DNA of 61,458 nucleotides, the filler included, from Choristocarpus tenellus KU-1152 (lineage: Eukaryota > Protista > Phaeophyceae): the NCBI GenBank assembly GCA_964200185.2. It is 11 parts of 11 records of this genome, joined end to end, with 100 filler letters (N's around TTAATTAATTAA, not from the genome) between each part and the next. Parts side by side here need not be neighbours in the genome. Positions count along the whole stretch, not along the records: positions 1 to 3,711 come from CAXNAD020018368.1; positions 3,812 to 18,042 come from CAXNAD020001251.1; 9 more parts are not named here. One strand, written 5' to 3'. The notes under the pieces are model-generated. The model worked only from the letters and a program-made list of their open reading frames with translations. It was not told where the DNA came from and made no database searches. A program made the translations under genes and the position numbers. Shown here piece after piece: positions 1 to 14,000 of the stretch. The first letter of the stretch is position 1, and every line of letters begins with the position of its first letter.

Positions 1-39
1 CCCCGCGTTCATATGACCATCCTTCCAGGAGGAACACAC

Positions 40-3000
40 CTCTGCCTCATCCACAAAGTCCTCAAAGCCTGGGACATACATGTCATGGTCAAGTACTTCT
101 GTTACTTTCGCCTGCGTGTGACTGATCTGAACCACACTCCTGTACATCCTTCCAAGGACCTTTCTCACATGGTTGAAGTGTTGGGGCATGGGAGATCAGG
201 TTTCCCAACAGAAATTAGACACTACAGTGTACATTAGACACTAAAGTGTACATAAGCCGCATCATTGATCTCACAATTAAACAGGGGAGAAGATTAAACA
301 GAGCTTGCCGTGATGAAATAAGCCGAAGGCTACAGTAGAAAGAGATCCTCAAAACACAGTGCTAGATTGAAAATATACAATGTATCCTCATCCCTCATGG
401 CTACTGAACAATGCTAGTTAATACTCTGCTCTGTTGTACTCTTTGGGTTAAGGTCAGGGTTAGGGTTAGATCACACATCCTACCTACTACACCCGGCCTG
501 TTTAGTACTCTACTCAATTCCCAAAAACTGAATCTTCCAATGTAAGACACATGATTGTCATGCTGCCCCTTCCCCCTCTAACCATATACCTTTTCCGACA
601 CATAATTGATCTTTGTACCTCCTAGCCTGGGCATGAAGTCAGGGTAATTATCCCTGCGCAGTTCCTGTCATGTACGGCAGTTGGTTGGAGATTACACCTT
701 GTTAGTTGACAGACAAAATTTGCATGACAGAGCAGATGACACCTCTGGGGAAGTGAAGTAGGTTCCACATTCAGTTTTTTTCCCACTTCCTCTCAGCCAA
801 TGTTAGACATGAGGATACAGAAAAGAGACCCTGTGTATCACAAACCTTTGGGACCTTTGCCGGGATGCCTGACTTTGGAAAATCCACAGCAAGGGAGTGT
901 TGTTTAGCTAGCTCTAAACACTCTTCTGAACAGGCTCCGAGTTCACTGCTATCCGCCCAGGCGAGATGGAGGTTGGCAATAATTCCCAGGTTGTCGTTCA
1001 TGATGTAGTTGAGGAAGAAGTCCTCAATGTCCTGCCATCGGTGAAGTGTGACAGGCTGGTTGAGCCAATAGCATGCTATCCTACTCTTTGATGACTGACT
1101 GCCTCTATCCAACACACCACTGACAATGAAATGCCCACCTTCACAAACAAGCAAACAGTGCTGTAGTAGGTATTAAATCCTCTCATGGGGAGGGGGGGGG
1201 AGGGGGCAACAAGTGCTACCTTTTTCACCTTCCACCCCCCTTTCCTCTTGGCCTACACCTTAACCTCCTTACCTCAACACTAACACCACCCTCTTTTCTT
1301 TCTGGAGGTGGTGGGGGTTCATAGCCCATGGGAGGGTAATGCCTTTGGCCCTCCGGAGGTAGAAAGCGTTCATCCCAGATGACAAAATACATATCCCCAT
1401 CCAGGTCTCCTCCACTCATCTCAGAGGGATGCGGTCGATCGCCTTGACATGGAAATACGACTACATTCTTCAGGTGATGCAGAGCAGTAACATGTACCCT
1501 CTCCAGCACCCGCAAGTCTCCTATTTATTGTAGACAATGGCAGTGTAGACAGTGTCAGTACATTTGCCACAGGACACAAAAGAGTTTGGAAATGAGATGT
1601 TGGGGACAGAGGTATCAGCAGGACCAAGCACAGTGGGATCAATGAAAAAGACTGCAATGTCACAGTGATGCAGGGAGGTGGGAGGTGGGTGGGTGGAAGC
1701 AGGCAAGAGTGGTCAAAACGGTCAACCCATTTGATGGGGGTATACCTTTGTAGGAGTAAAGGTAGTGGGAACACACTAGTAATAGAGCACATGAAGTCAG
1801 GGCTGGGTGGTGGGTGATGTGAAACCATTTCCAGGGACTTTGGCCATGGGAACAATCCATAAGCAGGACTGTCAACATGCTGGTGTGGAGAGGGGTAGTG
1901 TCCCCTGGGACATTCTGTTTCAGCAATCTTTTCATTCAACCATTTCGTACTGGGGATGTAAGCATTGCCACTATAGCAGCAACAGGGACCAAAGGCACTA
2001 CACATGATGACATAACCCTTCACAAACATAACCCCTTACAAACCATTTTTTCAGAAACACACCAGTTAAATAGGGAAGAAACCCTTCATTGCACCTATTT
2101 ACTAGAGCCTCAGACATTGACTATCCACAAAACGCCTCCTCAATGTACTACTCTACATACCAATGACCATTTCGAATTATTGATGCTGTTCACCTCATCA
2201 GCTAAAGTGGTCTACACTCAAAAGTATGTCCCAAAGCAGATTTACCCAATGCATTCCATATAGGCACAAGCATTGGTTTTTCAACGCCCTGTAGCTAAGC
2301 CACAACTCCGTGGCATTCTGTAGCACTGGAGTGAATCACAGGTACTTACACTACCAACCAGAGAAGCCATAACCTCTTACTGTTTACTGCAAATCACTCT
2401 TCATACAAGTTTTATAGTGACCTCTACACAGCATCAAATACAGAATGGCCTAGAACCACAAACTAGTTACCAAATGTCACAACAAGAAGTATGCATTCCA
2501 AATCTTAGAGGTTTCAAATCTGTCTTAGAGGTTTCATCAGTCTTTTCGTCCTGAAATACTATGAATATAGCCGAGTCGATATGTACCCAAATATGCACAA
2601 CTCATGCTGAAGCATGCAACGCCTGTGCACAAGTCCTATTTTCCCTTGGTTTCGTGTAGGTGGGACTCAAGACACAGGAATTGGTTACACAGGGCCGAGG
2701 ATCAGTTAACAATATAATTTTTTAGGTTGTTGCTTGAGATTATCCAATATAATCCTTGGTGACCATGCAGCAAAATGGGTACTACAATGTGTTCTCAAAC
2801 ACTGTCATGACTGTCATCAATTCCACCCCAACCGCTAATAAAACATCAACCTCACCAATGACTGCTAAAGCCCACCTCAATAAAGAACATCTGTAAGGTT
2901 TGCAGTCATTAAACACGCCAGTTCCATGCTAAAAACTCCCAGTTTGTCACATCAATCAGGTCAGTGGAGTACTAGAAGTCGGCAAAGGCTGCACTCACAA

Positions 3001-3711
3001 GAACATGCAACCACTTTGTCAGTTGATTGATTGACACATAGGAGACACATTAGTAGTGGGTGCATCCGTGCCAGGAACAGGAAAGACAGGTGTAGTGATA
3101 CAATACTTCACCTGGGTGCAAACTGGGGTTGCGTCCCACAAGGACAGAAGTACCAATGGCTGGCCCAGCATCTCCCGAAGGCAGGTTGCTCCCTGGATTG
3201 GAGCAGAATGAGAAGTACACCTTGCATTGAAGGGTAAGAAGGAAGTGAGAGTAAGCACAGGAGTGTGTGAAAGGTAAGCTGTTCTAGCTAGAGTAGTGGG
3301 GGTGGATGAATGGATATACTAGCAAATTTCAAGGTTGGTGAAAGATGAAGGAGAGAAAGGGGGAGGTCTGTGGTGTTGCCATGTATTGGAAAGGCAGTCT
3401 TTAAAAAAAGGTAGTGCGCAGGGCATTGAGATTCTCATGAACTGAGTGTATGCCTACTGGCAATACATGATGTGCTCCTGTAATAATAAATACAGACATT
3501 CATACATTCCAGAGGCATTGATGCCTTGCTTGACCTTTCAGATGTGACACAAAATAGCAATGTGAAGGGACCTGTTCCCCCTCTTGAGGTATCCAACCAC
3601 CACAGGCTAGGTAGGTACAGCAGTCCACACTACAGCGATACACTCTCTGTTGAACGAACAGTCTTGCTTCCCACATCAAAAAAAAAAAAACGAGCTCATT
3701 TGCCATACCTG
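40..3711 (-). CDS. RDR: Cellular RNA-dependent RNA polymerase (RNAi RDR, DLDGD type), partial, spliced
   Basis: Phase-compatible GT-AG exons: ...CAG at 3709-3711 (next to gap); 3112-3220 (VYFSF...VGRNPSLHPG); 1273-1520 (DLRVL...VVVFPCQGDRPHPSEMSGGDLDGDMYFVIWD); 846-1031 (FFLNYIMNDNLGIIANLHLAWAD...CLELAKQHSLAVDFPKSG); 590-664 (YPDFM...YVSEK); 40-159 (VLGRMYR...DHDMYVPGFEDFVDEAE). These are collinear motifs of the eukaryotic RdRP family. The 5' part is lost in the gap and the 3' end lies outside the window. Confidence 0.95.
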
Positions 3712-3811
3712 NNNNNNNNNNNNNNNNNNNNNNNNNNNNNNNNNNNNNNNNNNNNTTAATTAATTAANNNNNNNNNNNNNNNNNNNNNNNNNNNNNNNNN
3801 NNNNNNNNNNN
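3712..3811. other. Artificial assembly linker
   Basis: N44-TTAATTAATTAA-N44 (stops in all six frames). Confidence 0.97.
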
Positions 3812-5029
3812 CATGGCTTCCATTTTATTCCCCTACCAGCAACGTACTGTACTGCTGTGTGGTCATGACTCAGGAAGAAAGGCACTTTTCGCGAGAAAAG
3901 TTCACGCGCGCGCTAAACTCGCGTGAATATCTCTGAGAGTTTGTGCCAAGTCGCCCGAATAGGAGAATTCCGGTACAAAAGCCTATTTTTTTGAGCATGT
4001 CGAAAAAGGCAGTACAAAATGGGGTTTGGTACGTAATAGTTGGTATAAAATAGGTGTAGGTACTGTATTTATGATTTTAAAGGTGGGAAGAAAATAGAAA
4101 ATAGCACAAAATTGTTTTAGGATAGTACGTATCACTACAATTACCACCACTATATTACTATAATAAGAAACAGAATAAAAATAGTTCTGGCAACATTACC
4201 CAATCACAATATGATCTACGTAATAAACTTAAGAGGAATAATAATATATGGTTTTCATCTATAGTTCGTTCACATCACCCCCACTGAAGGTTACCAACCA
4301 CGTACAAGCTATCACCACCACCGACGACCACGATTTTGAGGTGTGTTCAAAAGGTTGCTCCAGCCTAAGTCTATCCCACCTTGGTCTCTAGCGAAGAAAT
4401 GATCTTGTGAGATTGCTAAAGATATGCTTATTCTCGTTCATTGGTATATTGCCCTGAACTATGAGACCATCTGACCCTGTTGACCCGAAGGCGAGGTGTG
4501 AATAGCATAGAGTCGTGTAACCCCTTGCCCATTATCAACGGTGACGGATAAACTCTCCTGCAGCAAGTTACAAGAGTAAACAAGACCAATAGGAAGCTGC
4601 GACAGGAAATCCTCTACCGCCTTGTCATTACTACTTGAGTTCTCCAACGTTTGGACGGTCTCGAACACGATGGGACTACGTGAGATCACAAGTGAGCGGG
4701 TGCTTCTATCGCCTGAGAGGGGTTATGAATGTGCTGGTGCTATCCCCTATCCACTAGAGGTCTCGTGCTCTGGTTAAACCAGTATTCACAGTGCATTCCA
4801 GGTTGTGCCGAGAATGAACCTCATCACTGCGGCCCATTTTCGCGATAGAGTGATGAAAGTGACGATGAAGCTTGACATGTGGCGGCAATATTGTGTAGTC
4901 GTCTCAAGCGCAAGGGGATCCCCCGTGGCCCGGATTGCTGATTTGTTCTCCCTCACTTCCCTTGTCTCTACACTTTTCTTATCCCCACTGCACATATGAA
5001 CCACATGGTTACTCCCTGGACACCAAGGT

Positions 5030-8000
5030 ATGTCAACTCTGACGACCTTTGGTGTCGGCGAACGAACTCCTGAGCCCAGTATTGGAGACGTACTCGTGGA
5101 CGATGTTGGCGTGCCCATGGAAAAGAATATGGTTGTTCGACAAGCAAGCATGACTACGCTTTGTGGAGACGACCGGATGGAGACTGGGTCGTCTATGCCA
5201 AGCTCAACAATCGAAGTCACCAATTACAATCAGTCCCAAGAAATCGAGGTGAGCACTGCCGTGCCAATCTTCTGAGAATTCACAACTAAAACTTACGAAT
5301 ATTTTCTGGCGTTAAATGGCTTCCTGGAGAGACAGAAAAAAACAAGTAGCATACAGCAAAGACATTTCACCGACTCCCAGATGTCCGGGACGGTATGTTT
5401 GTAGTGTGAGCAACAAGACGAAAAGAAAGACTTATCCCAAAGATTGCAATTCAAGTTTGCTTTGTGTCATTTATCGACCGCCCACCAATATATCCTTCTC
5501 CATGGTAACGGCATTCGGACACCTATGAGTCAGCCATCATTCTCACGCTAGTGTACTAGCCATTGACATAGTACCTGACTGCAACCATGGCAACCACGCT
5601 GCCTCCTGTGTTGGCCTCTAACAACAGCTCACTGTTTATACCCCTCGCCCATGTTTACAATGCGACGAACTTGTTCAGAATGCAAGCCATGGGCCACAAG
5701 CGGTCAAGTGCCTCAAAGATGGAGACCTTTCTTCTGTGTCCTACCTAAGGTGCAATAATACTGGCAGACTACTCTCAAACCTTGATGATTCTCCCCATGT
5801 TTGTTTGTTTGTATATCTCACTCGAAGTACACAGTAGTAAGGTTTTTCAACCTCCCCAACCATATGTCCCTCTTTTTTCAATGATATCTTCCAAGTTGGC
5901 CACAGGTGCATAGGCATCCAAATGTATCCATAGCACGCTAATAATCTCTACCCAAAAACAAAGTCTGCCGACAACAATAGCTCTTCCTGAAGACAGATAA
6001 TATGTACCATGTAAGATATTCAATTCCAGCATCTCAAACCTCTTATCTTCTCTGTTGTGATCCTAGAACAGCAGTACCCTCAAGATTTTTGTAAACTGGG
6101 CCTGACCTATGAAAGTGAACACAAGTTAACCGTGCCTTTGGAAAACATATGCCTCTTTCATACACTTGACCTACCTTGTTGTGAGAAATCTCATTTTGCT
6201 CATTCTTCTCATGTGTTAAACACCGAGATAATGTAAATATCTGACTGTAAAGCTCTCAATTCGTGTCTCACAACCCAACAAATCACAGCCCCAGTACCAA
6301 ATTCCATAAATCCAACTTAAGATCTGCTCCAACACAAGTCTGTGCCGAAACGTTTAACCCAAAGTACACACACCTTCTGCAGGTCCCTTACATGACAACC
6401 TCGATTAAATCTTCGCATTACATCCCCAAATCCTATTGCCTCTACTTTTCTTTTCTGTACTGCCCCCCCTTCGTCCAGCCCTTCAAGGAAAACAAGGACA
6501 ATGACAAAGTCAGGGACTCAAACGCCAACCCATCCTGAGGAAGAAATGTATGGAGGGTATATGTTCAAACCCAACACAGAATTTACCAAGGGGTACCAGT
6601 CCAGGACCCCAAACAAGAACCGGAAGGTGCGCAGAGGTTAATCAAACGATGTACAATTTTGTATATGTGTGTTGTACTGGTACTTGAAGTTAGATTGCTG
6701 GTACTTGAAGGGTACAAGAGTACAGTTGTTGCACCTACACAATACTACTTGTGGCTCCATGTGTTTGAGGACCTGGTAAGAGGGAGATCACAAATTTAGT
6801 TTCAATTGCATGAGTTTCTCTGAAGTTACAACAAAGTTTCAGTCCGTGTTTGGGATGCTCTCTCCTATGGGCAGAAAAGGAGTGGAAATGGTTAAAAAAT
6901 GACTAGGCAAGGAAATACCCACCGTAACTTTATACTGCTAGAAAAAAAGGGAATGTTGTATAGGAAATAATGGCCAGGAAGGCTTTTGTCTGACCCTTCT
7001 GCTCTCCCTTGGCCCGTTAGATATATTGATGGTGAATGTTGCACGTGCATGTATAAGGGCATCCTTAGTAAGGGTACGGACTTGGTGAGGCGTGTGTGCC
7101 TGTTGTAGGCACAAAACAGGCTAGCAGTTTTGTAGTCAAGGTGTTAGCAATTCCTCCAGTTATTTCCTTGAACAAGCAATCTCCCGTCAAGAAATTACCC
7201 TATTTCTCACCCTTACCCCATCTACCCTCCCCTCTTCCTACCCCACCAAAGGGTTCTGTGGTGGATCGGCTATATCAATCGCCCAAAGAGCAGGAGATCA
7301 TTAGGCTAGAGCGCCAGAAGACGTCAGAAGAGAAGTTGTTTACTGATTGCACTTTCTCACCGAGTGTCAACTCAACACGAAGGTTTGTAGCTTGTAGAGA
7401 TCACTGTAGTATCAAGGGGGTGGTAGTATTCATTGCCTGTGAAGAAGGAGGTGGTGATGATGGACAGGGGTGGAGGAGTGGGTTTCTTGTTATATTATGC
7501 AGTACTAAACAAAACACGAGAAATTGTCTTTTTCACAACAAGAGGGTGATAAGAGTTGTCCAGTTTCATCAATCTGCTAAAAATCAAAATAGATCAATAA
7601 GACCAAAAGGGGGCACTTTATGATATTGAGGTGACAAATTAAGTGTTCTTTGCAGTCCAATAGCGTTCAATAAAATAGTGACTGTCTACAAGTGGCAAGT
7701 GGACAACAAGCAGCATCAGACTAGACACATGTGCAGTGTATAGGAAGATCTCTACCTATCATCTGAAAGGGTTAAATATTTTAGAATTTTCTTCTGTCCA
7801 TTCTGGGATAGTTTGATTTCAAATTCTTGGAGTTGACATTTTGTGCTCTCTCCCTCTGGAACTGTTCATAGTTTTACTTCTGTAGAATATTGTAGGATAT
7901 ACTAGTTCTTTAATGGAGGTATCCTCTCTTTGAATAGATGTTCTTGATCACTTACTGTTTAGAAACTGATCATTTGATGCTATTTGTTTGCTAATGTGTT

Positions 8001-11000
8001 TGATTATTTTGATGATCTTGCTCTTGCTGTGTGTAATGGCTTAAAGGATATGAGACAAGATAAGCATACCCCATACCCCATACCCCATACCCCATACCCC
8101 ATACCCCCTACTGATCTCACTGTGTGTGATTGTGTGTGTGTGTGTGTTCGTTCACTTGTATCCCTTCAACCGTACCCCTCTTGACTCTGATCGGCATCAG
8201 AATGAATAAATCGGTCAAGAGGCCCTCGAAACCAATATTTGAGCACTTGTACAGCATGCACCTGAATGGAGCAGTCAAGAAAAAGGAGGTGAGTCTTGTA
8301 GCATGAGTGGTAAGATCATTGATTTTATTAGATTGAAAGATGGATGGGTAAGGTATGTATGTTGTGAGACAAGTGCAGCACTGGATTGGTTGTATTTGAT
8401 GAAGCAGGAAAACAGGGGGATGGATGAAGATATATTTTTATTTATAGTACACCGAATAGAGGCATATTATTTTGTGTGCTGAATAGACTAAATTAATTGA
8501 TTTATCGTTGTGTGCAAACCTATAAAATATCCCATATGACAAGATGATGATGCATGTGTGCCCCGATGATGTCCCAACTAAGCTCTGTCTGAGTCAAATT
8601 ATCTTAGAGGGTAGAGCTGCGTCCATTTGGGGGTCAAAAGTCAATGTTGCGATTTTGATTTATTTTTGGCTATCGTGTTTGTTAGGAGATGTCATCCTTG
8701 TTCCCGACACACCTTTTCATAAGGTATACCTTTTACCTACTCCGAAATATTTTGGAGTAGGTTGAATGTCATTAAAAACTCATGGGAAGCAAAGCCCCAA
8801 ATGGACAAACAGGGAAAAACTCGTACCCTCTTAGATACTTTCACTCTCTGTGTGTCCGTGTGACTGCGAACATTTTGCATCATGTTAAGTGTTCTATGAC
8901 AATGGTAATGATGTTGGGGAAACCGTAGTAGGAGATGTGGTATGCATGACAAACAGAGGTTTGCAGCAATACAATATCCTTCACCATGTATGACACAAGT
9001 TGATTTGTCATGTTGTACCCATTGTCGGTCCCCTCACTTCCACTTGTGTGTGATGTGACAGGATGATCCAGAGTGTACATTCAAGCCGCACCTTGTGGCA
9101 ACAAAGCCTGGCAGCAACGAGGGAGAAGTTGGAATGACTCGCATCCATTCCATGTACAAGCAAGGCCTGGAGAAGCAGGTTAGTGTGGATGGGAAGTAGG
9201 GCTAGGCGTACTTACCCAATGTTTTGTGTATATTTATATTTTTCCCCTTTGCTGCAACTACCTCATTGTTTCCACATTATTGTAACACATATTTTGTGTT
9301 AAGCTGTTATGTTACGAAGCCGTTATATCAACACTACATTGGTAACCCCTCTCAGGAAACTTGCAAAATGCAAACCAACAAGATCCCTTCTGTGAAGTAC
9401 CACCATTGTTACTCCCTCCCTCCCAAGTCCACCTCTCTAATCTATCGCTTCTGCCTGTTTCACCAACTTGCAGAAAGGTCGATCTAATGCTATCCGCACT
9501 GCCTTGGAGGAGAGGGCTGATTTGCAAGCGGAGGAGATGCTGGCAAAGGCCTGCACATTCCAGCCGGATCTATCTGCAACATCTAGGAGGTATTTACTCA
9601 CAGCACATTTTTTTTTCTGAATGATGTTCTTACACACACCTTCCTAGCAATTTCTGATAGATGAAGAGATGCACTAGGAGTTTATCAATATATATATGTA
9701 CTACCTCTATCCCATAAGTTTGTGCCGCGAAACGCCTGCGTTCGCTGAGTGAGAACAGCGCGGAATCGGACGATAACCTCACAGAATGAAATTGGGTTGG
9801 CAATCTCAGCTATCAGAGAAGGTGAGGGTCTAGGATCATCAGGTACAAACTAGAGGTGCTTCAAACCGTCAAAGTAGGGGTCTTTTGGGGTGATTTTGAG
9901 ACCAGAACTTGGCACATCGCGGGTCAGAACGTCGTCGTGGCAATCCCTTCATTGACCCCCCTGCGTAGGGTGCCCAAGTGTCCCTGAATACCAGGGTTGT
10001 GCTTGCAGTGCAGCACGCCCTCACGATCGTCCCTGGTGAGTATAAACTGCTGCGACACATTGGGCTGACCCTCGCAGCGGAGTTTGGAGTGTTGGAGTGT
10101 TATGTGTGATGGCTCTGGGAGGACGTAGCTGATCAGCTTGCCCGTGGTCACACGCTTGACCTAGGGGTGGCGGGATGTAGTGGGCGGTCTTCAGAGCTCA
10201 CACCGACCAAGATGGCCACAATACATAGTATATCAACTCCGATAATTGGTTATCCGCAGTGTGTCAGGTAGGTGACAATGAAGATGGCCACCAAGGGGCT
10301 GAATTATAGCACGAGGACCATAAAGAGGTGGTTGGATGATGTGGGGACCGTGCTGAATCGGCGCTGGATCAAACCCAAGCTTAAATCGTGGCAAAAGGTA
10401 TGGAGAGTGGACTTTGTTTGCGATAAAGTGGACCAGAAACGTGGTGTGCACGCCTCCATGGTGAACACGATCCATGTGGCTGAAACCTGGTTTTACGTGA
10501 TGGCTGATGGGAAAAGGGTTAGGGTATTTCCACATGAGGATGATAGCGACCTTCCAGGGTCCCCTACTGTGCAGCACAAGAGTCATATCCCCAAAAGCAT
10601 GATCATTGCAACCAACACCTGCCCAAATTCGGCTCGCAGCTTTGATGGAAGGCTTAGTGTTTGGCGTGTGTGTGTGTGCCAAAAACGGCAGACAGGACAA
10701 ATAAGAACCATAAAAGGCGGGAAGTGTATGAGCAGGACTGTACTTTAGACCATTTGTGGTACAGGATGTGGTACACGGAGGAGTTACTGCCTGCAATCAA
10801 GACCAAGATGCCTTGGTTGCAGGGGAAGCACATTGTTGTTGAACAAGACGGTGCCACCACCCACACGGGCAAAGGACAACTCATGAATCTTGTCAGGGGC
10901 AGGGAAGACTGAGGGGTGGTCAATTAGACTTGTGACGCAGCATCATGGACCTTTGCTTCTTCTTCTTCGGGTCTTTGAAATGCGGAGTGATGAGGGAGCG

Positions 11001-14000
11001 TTTTGAGGAGATTGTGAAGGTCATTAAGAAACAGTGGTGAGGAGTATGATGAAACCACACTTGAGAGGGCTTAGCAGCTTCTTTTTGTGGAGTGCACGGG
11101 GGTAAGGAAGAGAGTTATCTGGTGAGGTTGAAAACATGCCGAGGGTAGACATGAAGACTTTTTCTGTGACTGATAAAATTGTGATAGATGGGGAGTAATA
11201 ATAATATAAAGAGCTGACCCTAACCAGAAATTCATCAAGGATTCCAAATCATCTTCTTTCAGAAATGAATTTCATCAACATCTTCAAGAGTTACGGACAA
11301 CATGGCACAGGCTTATGGCACGGAGGTAGTATATATATATATATATTTCTGCCCTTGTTGTCTGTGATTCTTATGTATACTGTTCTGCAATGTAAATATA
11401 TATTGCGATCACTTCATATATATATATTTCCTGTTGTCGTGTGTGTGTGTGTGTGTGTTAACCAGCCCCTTCAAAGCAAAGGAGCGCATGGAGAATTTGT
11501 TTGAAAGCCTGTACAACAAGAGGCTGGATGCTGCTGCTGCAAGGGACCGTGTTCGTGAGGTAAGCCCATATTATTTACCAACACGATACCACCCATTTGC
11601 TGTCTGATATGACTGTGGTTTTGGTAGATTTTTGTTGGAATACACAGGATTCTTGGATTGAGATGTACAATTACCTGGGTTGTTCATAGTTGAGGTGGGG
11701 GATTCTGGATGTGGTGGGTGGGACAGGTGCTAACCGTAGTATCAATCAAGTACTTCAACATATTCTCTCTTTAGAGTGAGTTTGTGATGATTCCAATGTG
11801 TGTGGTGAGACTATGGTGTTCGACACTACCAAAGAGTGTACTGCTTAACCAAGAACACAATGTGTAAAATGTGTGACTTTCAGCACTTCCATCACCCCGT
11901 TTTCAACCAGACGAGGCAAGCATGGGTCAGCTTCTCCTTGATCGAAACTTAATCCCTTGAGAGTCCCAACTAGTTTCAGCCGCCAGTTGTGCAATGCCTG
12001 TACTGTGCCATACAAAGAGCTCTTGAGCTTTCCTGTAGCTACTGCCACATCTTCTGGCAGTTCAATGTAAATGTACTCGACATACGCTTGCATGACAGCC
12101 TGTCCTACATCAGCATGTTGTAGCTCCAGGTTCTCAAATTCGGTGATTGCCATCTCCAACCGCAAGGTGATTGTTGAGGGAGTAGGCGCCAATTTTTCCA
12201 AGGTATTCCAGTCCAGGGATCTGCCTTTTTCCCATGACTACCAGGCGGGCTTTGTACCCAGTCACTTCTCCCCTCAAATTTAGTCTTAAACATCCACTTG
12301 GTTCGTACCACATGGTGATCTGATGACCTTTTCACCTCATCCCAAACCCCAGTTTCCACCAGCTTGCCAACTCCGTCTTCATATTGTCCTGCCAAAATAG
12401 TGCCTCTGGAGACTGCACAAGGTTCACTTCGGTATTGGGGCTCAGGCGGTAAAGTGTCAGCTGCCATTCCATCAGGAAACGCCGTGGGCATTCTAGTAGC
12501 ATCTCGCACCACTTCTTGAACAACTAGTGCTTTTGCTAAATGAGCCACTAGTGCTTCCCCTGACGATTCTTGGTTCCCTCTCCTATTGGACCTCTCCTGA
12601 GCCCTTCTTGAACTGGAAGATTCAGATGGGTTAGAGCTTGGGGTAGGTATGGAATCAGCGAGGTTGTGCAGCATTGGACTTTGTGGAATATTGTGTGACC
12701 CCTTCCCCTGCTGCGCAGATTTGCGAGAGTCCTCCTCACAGGGGCTGGGTCACGACCAGTCCCTAACTTCTCAAACGACGTCCCGGCTAAATCCAACAAT
12801 AGGTCAAGGTCCTCAACTGTATTCTCCCCATCATCCTGAGACATTAAAGGGGGAAATTTGCGCAATGTTATGGACTCCTCTAGGCTTGAAGTCTCCTCAG
12901 ACATTCCCCCTGAGACGATATCTACTCTAGCCCTTGTGGGGGCGAGTTCAGTTTATTCCTGTCTCCCCCTTAGCAAGGATTAGTCCTGACGCAATCTTCT
13001 CCAGTTTCCTGTCTGCCTGAGAATCCGTTCTTCGTGGCACTGGAGCACGGCGAGCTTTGTCCTTCAATGTGATCACTAGTCCAGTGAGGTTTCTCGAGGT
13101 AGACCCCGATATATGTAGCCTGTGTAGAAGCCATTCACTACAGGTATCACGAGGTCATCCAGGCCATTGTTTTGCTCAATTGTCAACACCTCAGACTCGG
13201 CAATTCTGCGTCGCCCTGACGTCTTGCAGATGGTTTCGAACTGAACACAGGTTGTATGCTTGTGCAGGCACCACAACAACAACCTTCTTCATGGTCACAC
13301 TGTACCCTGCTTCCTCTTTTGCCGACGTCAGCACCGTCTCCGTCCAGCAACATCCAGCAACATCTTGTTCCTTTCCATCTCCGACAACCACCTTGTCTCT
13401 ATTGCTGTTTTCCCTTCCAACCTCGCGCACCAGCAAAAGAACTGGTCACGTGACCGCTTGCTCCAGTATTGAAAATCCGTTCTTCAGCATCTGTTGGTCT
13501 CTCCCGTCGCAGGTTATCCCATTGGTCACTACAAACGCTCCTCCTCTACGTCGGTGTCTCATACCAACATTTGTAACGCATGGAGCACACACACTCTTGA
13601 GTGCGCTCGCTTTCATCGGTACCGTCATTGTCCCCACCATTTCCAGCACCTCGTTCACAGCAGGTTGCTGCCAAATGCCCCGTCTTCCCACAGGTTTAGC
13701 ATTTTATCCGCTCCAGCCCTGGTGCCAGATTCTGCCTCCTGGCTGTGAAAGCTGCTGACGTTCTCCCCTGATGAACAGCTATCTCGGTCTTCGACTGTCG
13801 AGACTGGTTTGCTAGCCCCTGCTCCAACTTTCCTTCTTAGAGTTGTTGCTCTCATGAAGAACGTTTAACGTTCCAGCTCATGCTCCTCTGGTAGTCCTCC
13901 ACATTCAGTTCCTTGTTGGAAATTCTCTGACCCATTGCGGTTGATCTCTTGGATAGTTGGTACACCTTCAGCATGTAAGGTTGGGACTCCTCTCTTGGTC

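Noticed and set aside
1421-2263. ORFs of 128-202 aa within the RDR locus
   Set aside because: They lie largely in the 1521-3111 intron, whose flanking exons already join in frame (HPG/DLR), and show no recognisable motifs.
3756-3767. TTAATTAATTAA palindromes as biological sites
   Set aside because: Identical and centred in every N-run, so an assembly spacer.
13057-13758. 233-aa plus-strand ORF
   Set aside because: Antisense shadow of the minus-strand Copia gag/protease region.
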